Source: Cyanidioschyzon merolae (Eukaryota). Taken from it: DNA of 64,000 nt. The notes below the pieces were generated by a model. It saw nothing but the letters and a program-made list of their open reading frames with translations, made no database searches and was not told where the DNA came from. The translations under genes were made by a program, and so were the position numbers. The stretch lies in the NCBI GenBank assembly GCA_000091205.1, contig AP006484.2, one strand, 5' to 3'. This document shows positions 55,878 through 64,000 of the stretch, in pieces (position 1 is the stretch's first letter; each line of letters opens with the position of its first letter).

Positions 55878-58037
55878 CTAACGTGCTGCAGCGTGGCTGT
55901 GTCGAGTTCGCTTCGTGCGTGGTGTCCTCGTTCGTTGACGAGCGCTTCGATTTGCACGGGCAGATGCGTTACGTTGCACATTCCCGCTGTTGGCTGAGGT
56001 TCGCTGGCGTGCCCGTCCCTGCGACCGCTCGTTCAGCACTTCAGGATCGCTCGAATCGCCCAGTGACGTTGACGTTGACGGTGATGTTGTGCAGCTGCGA
56101 GTCATGATGCCCCCATGGCTATGTGTTTCCGACCACTGCCGATCATCATCGAGCATTTCGAATCCAGCGGTTGACGGCACTGAGGCATTCGTGCTCCGGA
56201 CACCGGGCTCAGTGTCCGTTGGATGCTCATTCGGCTCACGCAGGAGCGCCTCGAGTAGACGCAGTTTGTTTGGTGATAAATACGACGATCTGCGGTGGAT
56301 CCATGAACAAGTCGAAGCAGCTGTCCTTGTATTCGCTGTGAGCTCGTCATTCGTCGACGGACCGGCCGATGAGGAGACACCAGCTCCGGCGTCTGACACC
56401 CGGAAACCGGCCCTGTTTGCCTGCTGCTGGGCGAAGCGCCGCGTTTCCTGCAGGAGCTCTTCCTGGTCAGTGATCGGCGCGTTACGATGCCGTTTCTCGA
56501 GATGATCAATAAGGCGGGCAATCCAAATCTCCACATGATCGGAGACAGCCCGTATCTCACCCTTGTTCACAAAATGATCGACTGCCTCAGCGATTTTCCA
56601 GTCAGGAAGGATGCTCATCTGTTGCTCGGTGTGCGATAGCAGGAAATTCGCCAGGTCGAGCACTGATATACTCGCCCACGGGTCGTTCTCCGCAGTCTCC
56701 TCGGATCGAAGCGTGGTCGCATTTGGCGCATGTCCACCGGCTATGGCACATATCCCTGCCGAAGGATCGCCTCCAGACGTTCGCCCAGTTGCATCCGCCT
56801 TGTGCGAGGGCGCTCGCGGTCGGCGGTGGAAAGCAACCATATCTGACGGGTTCGCAACTCGACCGAGAAAGTTTCTCCCGAACCGAACGGGGCCTAGTGG
56901 AGTAAAGCCCTCATCGTACTCGATCCGAAGTCGCATCAACGGCTGTCGCAACTGGTCGGGCACGAGATCCGCACCGTAAACGTGCTGTCGCCGGGTAAAT
57001 TCCTCGTCGAGTTTCCGAAGACGCCCCTCGACGTGCTCGCGAAGGTACCGTTCCAAAACCACGGGATCCCTGTAGACCTCATGCGTCGAGCGTGCCAGAT
57101 GCAATTCTTCATAATGAAACGGGCGAACGCTCCGGAGCGGTAGCGGCTTCCAGCGCCAGCTGGTGCCTTGGATTTCCAGCAAACCCACGTGTTTCTCGAG
57201 CGCTTCTCCTTGCGTCAAAGCAGTCGCTACCGTCGAGCCGGGCTGCGTGATCGCGGGCTGCATTCCATCCAGTTCGATATGACAGGGATGCTCGTGCCCC
57301 CAAATAACCAAATCTAACCACGGCGGGAGCAGGTCGCGAGTGACAGCCTTGGTATGGCCGCGGCGTTCCCGATTCTGATGCAAGACGAAGACGTGGACAT
57401 ACTCTCCCTGTTCGGAATCGCTCTCAAGACTTGGTGGTTCCACAAAGACAAGGCGCTTCTCGACTTGCCACGTTGCATAGAGCCGTTCCTCGCGGACGTG
57501 ACCGAGGCCATAGAGCGCAACGCTCGACACGCCTTTCCGCAAGATGAGCGGCAGAACGCGAATGGTGTCATTGTCGGTGGTGCCGCCCCAGTAGTACAGC
57601 AACCCAGCCGCTTGTAGAATATCCAGTGGCGAGAGGCTAAGGCGTGCGCTAACCACGGGATCGTCGTGGTTGCCGTGGATGGCAAACACCGGGGGTGCAG
57701 CCCTGCGCTGCATATGCCAGCTGGCGCTCGTCCGGTTGGCTTTTGCCGAGTGCTCACCGTCCTCAATGGTTTCTAATACTACACGAGAGCTCATCGCCTC
57801 GCGATTATATTCCTGCAAAAGCTTCATGCAACGATACAGGCACTCGCGTGACGGTTTGTTATCGTGAAATAGGTCTCCGCCCAGGAGAACGAGGTCGACC
57901 GCCTCAGAACGCGCAATGGAGAGCACCTCCGCGAACGCCAGGAACGAGTCGTCTCCACGAATCGCATCTCGCTCTTCAAACCCCAGATGATTATCTGTGG
58001 TGACCAGGATTCGCAGAGGTGCCACGTCCTGCACCAT
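55878..58037 (-). CDS. MRE11: Double-strand break repair nuclease MRE11
   Basis: LRILVTTDNHLGFEERDAIRGDDSFLAFAEVLSIARSEAVDLVLLGGDLFHDNKPS (phosphoesterase motifs I-II), FAIHGNHDDP (motif III), LDLVIWGHEHPCHIELD (motif V). 719 aa, ATG at 58037. Confidence 0.85.
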   Translation of the reverse strand: MVQDVAPLRILVTTDNHLGFEERDAIRGDDSFLAFAEVLSIARSEAVDLVLLGGDLFHDNKPSRECLYRCMKLLQEYNREAMSSRVVLETIEDGEHSAKANRTSASWHMQRRAAPPVFAIHGNHDDPVVSARLSLSPLDILQAAGLLYYWGGTTDNDTIRVLPLILRKGVSSVALYGLGHVREERLYATWQVEKRLVFVEPPSLESDSEQGEYVHVFVLHQNRERRGHTKAVTRDLLPPWLDLVIWGHEHPCHIELDGMQPAITQPGSTVATALTQGEALEKHVGLLEIQGTSWRWKPLPLRSVRPFHYEELHLARSTHEVYRDPVVLERYLREHVEGRLRKLDEEFTRRQHVYGADLVPDQLRQPLMRLRIEYDEGFTPLGPVRFGRNFLGRVANPSDMVAFHRRPRAPSHKADATGRTSGGDPSAGICAIAGGHAPNATTLRSEETAENDPWASISVLDLANFLLSHTEQQMSILPDWKIAEAVDHFVNKGEIRAVSDHVEIWIARLIDHLEKRHRNAPITDQEELLQETRRFAQQQANRAGFRVSDAGAGVSSSAGPSTNDELTANTRTAASTCSWIHRRSSYLSPNKLRLLEALLREPNEHPTDTEPGVRSTNASVPSTAGFEMLDDDRQWSETHSHGGIMTRSCTTSPSTSTSLGDSSDPEVLNERSQGRARQRTSANSGNVQRNASARANRSARQRTRTPRTKRTRHSHAAAR

Positions 58038-59239
58038 AAGCGAGGCGCTCCTCCAGACGCCGAAGAAGCACTGTAGAAACCCGATCGAACTGGTTGGGAA
58101 ATGGCGCGCACTGCGTGCACGCTTAGGTGTTTTCCCTTATATTTTTCTTGATGCTTTCATTCACGTACTTGATCATAAATAAATCAGCACCGAACAAATC
58201 TTTGCTTTCGATTCGATATAGGATAGCGTTGCGATGGGTTTCAGGGCACTTGTATCTCTGCCAAGCGAGTTGTGCAGCGTATGCATCGTTTGGGACCTTT
58301 CAGGTGTGGCATGCAGGGCAACGTCATGGACACGATGCATCCGTTAGCGGTAGCGTTGCGCTAACGGGACAGTGCATCATGCCTTCTTTCACGTTCCCGT
58401 GGCGGGTTCTGTTGCACGGGCTACAAGTTTGCTCGCAATTGCAGTTCCTGGTCAGTCGTTGTTTCCCGCTGGTGCGACGTGCTGGCGCTGCTTTCCGGAA
58501 TAATAGTGTGCCCGCGACAACGTCGGCCCCAACGACGAATCCCAAGTCGAGGCGTGCGCAGGCCCTGTGGGCGTTTTTGCGCTGTCACAAGTCGCTTCTT
58601 CGGTGGGGTGACGGCTTGCGTACAGAAGCCGCGAACACCTGTCCGAAAACTTATACAGCGTTGATGTTCGTCCCAATCAGAGAGACTGAGTCGCATCGCG
58701 GAAGTAGGTGTTGTCAGGTCGTTGACGTTGCAACACTCGTTACGATCAATGCGGAGGCAATCGTCGAGGCTGGCGTTGCAGCTGCAAGGGTGAATAAACA
58801 ATGCTACGACGGATAAATCTTGCAATGTTGAGTCGCTCCGAAACCATCGAGGAACAGCTCGCCAACGACCTGCGCGATCAGATTCGCACTATGAGTTGTG
58901 AGGTGCTCGCCCAGGAGGAGAATACACCGTCAGTAGAGTTTTCGCACAGATGCAACGTTTGACTGCTTCTGGAGCTCTACCATGACCTCAGGCTGGATTT
59001 GAGCCGTGCCCAAGACGGCTGGCAGTCGCTGGGGCGGCAGAAACCTGGATCCCTGCCAATGCAACGAATCCATTCTACATTGCTGTACTTTTCTGAATAT
59101 TATTAGAAGAAACTAGAACGGGCAATACCGGAGGGCGCTGGCGATCGACGCCCGGGGACGCATCTGCCGACAAGACTGCCTAGACGTTCGTTCAAGCGTG
59201 CTGGGCTATCGGTATTGATCGGGGTCAGCGAGGTCGCTC

Positions 59240-60055
59240 ATGTTTGTGCAACAGTTCTTTCTTCATAAACGACCAGGTCGACGAAAGCTGCCTCATGACG
59301 TAGGTCACAAGAGCATCTTTTGCTGTTCCATGTCGCAACATAACGCCTGTGCTGCGCGTAACGACTTTGTAGAGCACTACGTTCGTCAGGTGCGAGCGTG
59401 GGAGTCCAGACCTTCGCGTGCTGGGTTCTTCAACGGTCGTCAAGTTCCTGCTCCTAGACCAAGAGGAGCCGTCCGAGCGGCCCGACACATCACTTCGAAC
59501 GCAACGGCTACTGGTCGCCAGACACATGTAGCGCGAGCGCCGTACTTTAGTGAATCGAACCTGTGGGGCGGCGACGGCTGTGCCCAACAGCGAAACCTAT
59601 ATTTGGCGTGGCGGGAGACACTGGAGGCCAGTGAGCTTTGGCGGAGTTCAGAATCGAGCGATGATCTGTACGCGGAGTTCCTTTCCTGGTGGATCCGATT
59701 CGAAGAGGCCTACAAGGGGCGTTCATGTGCCGAGCAACAGGCTGGAAGCGAACACAGCGAGCGACAGCGTGCCGCTGGGGACCACACCGATGCAGCTCAC
59801 GAAGAGTTGGATCCGTATGCCGTGCTTGGAGTTGCCGAGGATGCAACGCTTGAAACCATTCGTGCCGCGTACCGCCTCGAGGTCAAACGATGCCACCCCG
59901 ATGCGTTGGGAACCGGTGTGAGCGGCACCACGGATCCGGCTGCACTTGCTCGTTTCATAGCAGTTCAGGAGGCCTGGCAGGTTCTGTCGGACTCGGACTT
60001 GCGTCGGCAGTATGACCTGAGTCGTCGTCTGCAGAAGAAATCTGGATACAGATAA
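59240..60055 (+). CDS. J-domain (DnaJ/Hsp40-type) protein with a C-terminal J domain
   Basis: DPYAVLGVAEDATLETIRAAYRLEVKRCHPDALGTG...FIAVQEAWQVLSDSDLRRQYD, including the HPD tripeptide. The N-terminal ~190 aa is unassigned. ATG at 59240. Confidence 0.55.
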   Translation: MFVQQFFLHKRPGRRKLPHDVGHKSIFCCSMSQHNACAARNDFVEHYVRQVRAWESRPSRAGFFNGRQVPAPRPRGAVRAARHITSNATATGRQTHVARAPYFSESNLWGGDGCAQQRNLYLAWRETLEASELWRSSESSDDLYAEFLSWWIRFEEAYKGRSCAEQQAGSEHSERQRAAGDHTDAAHEELDPYAVLGVAEDATLETIRAAYRLEVKRCHPDALGTGVSGTTDPAALARFIAVQEAWQVLSDSDLRRQYDLSRRLQKKSGYR

Positions 60056-61696
60056 GCAGTCAAAAACCTCGAGCTAGACGGTGCTGCAGGTGGTTGTCTC
60101 GAAGTCTCGGAGCAGCAGGTCACTGCCTGAGGAGCCCTGGCTGTAGGAACGAAACGCTGCCCAAAATGTTACCAACGCGCAGTTTACCTTGAGTCGCTGG
60201 CGCCGAAGCAGGTAACCTCGAAAGTTGTTCGCTTCACCTAAGTTTTCTGTGTTGCTGTTCGAGATTCAAAATCATGGATGACGCAGTGCCGGTGGCGCGA
60301 GGCTCGTCTCCGTTGACCAGGTCTACACGAGTGCTTGCATTGGGCGGCGGCGGCGGAGGCACAGCTTGTTGACCGATGTCCCGACAAGATCGGCTGCTAA
60401 TGAGACACGGTTGCGCCGTTCCATCCACTGGCGGACCATGGGTGCTCGCAAGGCAGCGATCCAGCTGATCAGGACGCTCTCGAGCATCTTGCAACCGCCC
60501 CTGAATGCTGGTTGCATCACATGCTAGAGCAATGTGCCGTGCGGTATATCGCATGCTCTCACCAGAGACGCACGCGTTATGGTGAGCCTTATCTTGACCA
60601 TGCGTCGGCACGCTGCGAAGCGTTTCGTAGAGTAAGCGCTTGTCACTGGACATTGCGCAACCAGCACTTGACTGAGCACGGGTCGGGAACGGGATCTTGC
60701 GCACAAACTTGGGTCAAGCACACAGCGAACATCATGACGACATCAATACCATACAAGGACGCATGTTGCACAGGATCATGTTCATAGGAAAAAATCTGGA
60801 AAGTCGGAACAATCGGGGTTGCGCAAGCTCAGCTGCCTAGCGCACCACGTACACAAGCAGACAGTGAGCGACCTCTTGGTTCCGTGTAGCGCAGCGGAAT
60901 GCTTGTGCTTGGATGCATCCTAACACGGAGGTATGATGCAGGACAGATTTCCTTGTTTCGGCATTCGCGTCTACGTTCGTTGACGCACGACCATACAAAC
61001 GACGTGAATCAATCTGTTCTGCAAGTGCGAACGCGACTGGTAATAGGGGCTCTGACCTCAGCTCGTCTGGGGACGCTCGCACTCGCCGCAGTTTTCAGAG
61101 CCGTGTATTCCTAAACAGTACAGGCTGAATCTATTCACCGACTCGTCGTACACTCAGAAACACCATATATCGGAATGCCATGATCGTTCACCAGTTGCTG
61201 AGGAAGATCGTTCCCAGTGTGTCGATATGGCGCTTGAGCCTTGCCGGATTGCTGAACCGCACCGTACAAGTGTCGTATACGTGGCGAGAATCCATTGCCT
61301 CCTGTTTTGGGCGCTTCGTTTTTTCACCACAAGTCGTTCGCGTTTCAGGCCAATGCACTCACAAAGAATCCAACGATTCGCTGGAAAGTTCGCGTTACAG
61401 AAAAATCTTGAGCACTCCAGATGCTCGACTCATTTCCGGACGTTGCTCAAGGCGTTCAAGTCCTGGTGCACCACGTGCTTGCGTGCCCGGTTGTTGGTGA
61501 AGTCACAGCGCAGCGAACCCGTCACCTGCGACTGCTCGCCATTGGACGTTCGATCCGCTTCTTGTACACCGTTTTTGGTGCACCTGTCCAGGGTTCAAAC
61601 GCTTCATGTTTGCCAGTTTCAACCTGCACCTGCGCGTATGACACCTGCATGTCATCTGGAACGCATCGATAGATATCGTGGAGAATCGAGTTTCGC

Positions 61697-61763
61697 ATGC
61701 ACGCACAAATGCACGCACAAATGCACACAAATGCACACAAATGCACACAAATGCATGCACAAA
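61697..61763. repeat. 10-bp microsatellite (GCACACAAAT)n, ~6 units
   Basis: Direct reading: atgcacgcacaaatgcacgcacaaatgcacacaaatgcacacaaatgcacacaaatgcatgcacaaa. Confidence 0.85.
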
Positions 61764-61901
61764 CTCTACGCTCTTGTCGAAGGATCACGAGTGCAACCTT
61801 TGCATGCTACAGCATCACGTCAGTTTTCGATGGAGGCGGTTCATTGCTCTGAACGCGTCGCAGCAACATGCTCACCTCTGAACAAACGCAGCATCGACCG
61901 G

Positions 61902-63980
61902 CTACTGCGGATGCGCGAGCACTGCAAAGCAGCTGGCCAGTTGCACGAGGCGAACAACCAGTTCGCTTGTCTGGTCCGCTGCGAACGCTGCCAAAGCCTC
62001 TGTAACCGAGAACCATATGGACCAGTCTTGGATGCATGGATGCTCTGTTGCGCAGTGCTCTGCGTCTCTCTGCATCCAAGCAAACACTTCGCCTGATACC
62101 GCGAGTCGAAGAAGCGCCGAGCGTTCCGGCTGCTCGCGGATCGCCAGGGCCAGCTGCGCTCGCGCGATACGCACCAGCTCGACAAGATCATCATCCGCGA
62201 TGGTCATGGGCAGCTTTGCCGTATCAAGGTGCCGCAGCAACGCTAACGCAACGCGCACATCATGACCCATCGCCAGACGTAGACTGATGCCCAGAGCTCG
62301 GTGCATCGCGTCTCTGGTTTCCGCGACGTAGACAGCATCTCCCCAGTGCGCCGTTCCCGAACGCAACGCGGCAGGCGAGTTACCGCACCCGGCCTCATCG
62401 CTTCGATCATCGATATGCCCGGGCGCTTTGGCGGCTTTCCATCGATCGCAATCATCATGCAATGGTAGAACGGGCCCACCGAAGCACGTGTTCCACCGAA
62501 ATACACTCCAGTCATCAACAAGCCAGACGTGCTCGTGATCGAGAAACGGACGGAGCAATTGCTGTGCTGCAAACCAGCTGCAAAACGCCCATTCGACTAC
62601 GTCGTGTAGCTTTTGCATCCACAGCACTGAAACGCCGCGTGCACTGCCGCGTGGCGCTATCGACGCTGCGGTGCGTGTCAACGGGTCATGGCCGCGCACC
62701 ATCGAATACAGGATATGGAGCGCTGTAGCACCTGGGATCGGCGGGTTATGCAGTATCGCATCAAAGAAGAGCGTATCCATCGTGGACGGAGCGTGAAGCA
62801 TCGGTACTGCTGCGCTTTCCGCCCAGAACGTTTGCCATATTCGTTGCATCGGGTGTAGCCAGGTGTCCTGAACGAAGCCCTCGAGGGCGTGCCGCATACG
62901 AAGCGCATCGCCCCCGCTCAACGTCCTATCCACATCTGTACCGTATCGAAATGGTGCGCATCTGCGTTGTGAACGGGTCCGTGATCCTTCCAGAAATGTC
63001 TGAAAAATTACACGAATGACAAGAAAGGCAACATCGACGGTGCTCAGGCCGGTAGCCAGCAACGCCTCCGCATCAATTCCAGGTACAGGGGTATGCCCTG
63101 CATTCGTCGTCATTGTTGTCATATTGTGTACTTGTCGGTTTGCATCGTTAGGAACAAGTGCGCTTGCGAGAGCCGTTTCAATCCAACGGGTTTCAGGTAA
63201 GGCGGATTGCCACTTCTCGCGATGCAACATGAGAATGAGAGAGGCGCCCGGGGCTGGCGCAGTGCTCCACCTTATCTCGAAGGTCTCAAGAACCTGATGA
63301 AATGTGGGTATTGTGTCAGGTGCCGAAGAGGCGTGCCCAGGGTTTTTGTCCAGGAAGCGTAACGTCCCGTGAACGCGTACCGCAGACGCTTTTGTAAGCG
63401 AAGCGTACCAGAGCGCTAGCGCTTCCACGTACTCCGCTTGTCGCCAGAAAAGGATCCAGGAGCGAGGCCAAGCGTCGTTCAGGTGCTCGTGAACGAGTGC
63501 TTCCCAGCGAATCCAGGCTCGGTTAACTGTGGTGGCCACGATTTCCGCGAGAGCGCGTTTGTCAATGCTGTCCCATGCACAAGGAAGCCATTCGGTTGCA
63601 GTGATGAGTTCCCATAGCAGCAAATGAATGCGCTCGAGCCAGCAGGTCAGCGATGGGGGTGTTCGGTGTCCTGTCGCATCGCCGACGGCCTCGAGGCCTG
63701 ACTGCTTTGCGTCGGAGTGCGCTTCCAAGGTGCTCGGTAAAGAATCCCGCTCTTCCTTCGCATCCTCCAGCGACACCAGGATTGCGTCTATAGTCTGGGA
63801 AAGATGCTCTGCCTTGGACATCGACTCGTTGCATGCACCATCATGTGCTCGTTCCGAACATAATATTACTTCTGGTGGAGATGCGGTTTCCATCGGTGCT
63901 GCTGTGGCAGCTTCTGGTGCTTGTTTCTCCAAGAGTCCCTGCAGCTGCAGTTGACCTCGTTTTTGCTCAATCATTTTCAT
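61902..63980 (-). CDS. Hypothetical protein (~690 aa), N-terminus possibly outside the window
   Basis: Long ORF. The track start at 63998 is GTG and the frame is still open at the window edge. First in-frame ATGs at 63980 and 63974. No family recognised. Confidence 0.4.
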   Translation of the reverse strand: MKMIEQKRGQLQLQGLLEKQAPEAATAAPMETASPPEVILCSERAHDGACNESMSKAEHLSQTIDAILVSLEDAKEERDSLPSTLEAHSDAKQSGLEAVGDATGHRTPPSLTCWLERIHLLLWELITATEWLPCAWDSIDKRALAEIVATTVNRAWIRWEALVHEHLNDAWPRSWILFWRQAEYVEALALWYASLTKASAVRVHGTLRFLDKNPGHASSAPDTIPTFHQVLETFEIRWSTAPAPGASLILMLHREKWQSALPETRWIETALASALVPNDANRQVHNMTTMTTNAGHTPVPGIDAEALLATGLSTVDVAFLVIRVIFQTFLEGSRTRSQRRCAPFRYGTDVDRTLSGGDALRMRHALEGFVQDTWLHPMQRIWQTFWAESAAVPMLHAPSTMDTLFFDAILHNPPIPGATALHILYSMVRGHDPLTRTAASIAPRGSARGVSVLWMQKLHDVVEWAFCSWFAAQQLLRPFLDHEHVWLVDDWSVFRWNTCFGGPVLPLHDDCDRWKAAKAPGHIDDRSDEAGCGNSPAALRSGTAHWGDAVYVAETRDAMHRALGISLRLAMGHDVRVALALLRHLDTAKLPMTIADDDLVELVRIARAQLALAIREQPERSALLRLAVSGEVFAWMQRDAEHCATEHPCIQDWSIWFSVTEALAAFAADQTSELVVRLVQLASCFAVLAHPQ

Positions 63981-64000
63981 GACGTACTCGGGTAGCACGG

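Noticed and set aside
61227-62096. 289-aa plus-strand ORF partly antisense to the 698-aa minus-strand gene, containing CTHKCTHKCTQMHT
   Set aside because: The Cys/His repeats derive from the (GCACACAAAT)n microsatellite. It is probably not a zinc-finger gene.

Overview
This 64-kb window is GC-rich nuclear DNA from an intron-poor eukaryote. All recognisable genes are single uninterrupted ORFs. A plastid-type Cpn60 and a HemY-type protoporphyrinogen oxidase suggest a plastid-bearing protist or alga, but I cannot name the organism. Note that the supplied ORF track translates GTG/TTG/CTG starts as M, so I moved several CDS starts to the first in-frame ATG.

Confident genes are DNA topoisomerase II, a divergent pair of E2 ubiquitin-conjugating enzymes (one UBE2T-like, one UBE2E-like), ribosomal protein L18, plastid-type chaperonin Cpn60, protoporphyrinogen oxidase, a GNAT acetyltransferase, a TLDc-domain protein, two bromodomain proteins (one with a C-terminal GATA zinc finger), an ERCC8/CSA-like WD40 protein, a bacterial-type UDP-glucose 6-dehydrogenase, a tandem DJ-1/PfpI protein, MRE11 and a J-domain protein. 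There are also several low-complexity hypothetical proteins. I found no rRNA, tRNA, snRNA or CRISPR.

The accessory content is the more interesting part:
(a) Two diverged, pseudogenised copies of an element encoding a RuvC-fold protein of the TnpB/Fanzor (OrfB_IS605-like) kind lie in opposite orientation at about 26.7-28.8 kb and 50.8-52.7 kb. Each has a conserved 115-140 bp non-coding 3' flank that is a candidate omega-RNA-like scaffold.
(b) A family of ~590-bp non-coding repeats includes two near-identical copies arranged head-to-head around a 770-bp spacer (22.1-24.0 kb). That arrangement forms a large foldback, or equally a divergent ncRNA gene pair. A diverged full copy sits at 35.6-36.2 kb and a 3' fragment at 52.7-53.0 kb, abutting the truncated end of the second TnpB-like copy.
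(c) A 75-bp minisatellite runs in frame into a bromodomain gene.

All functional calls rest on motif recognition by eye. I ran no database searches.
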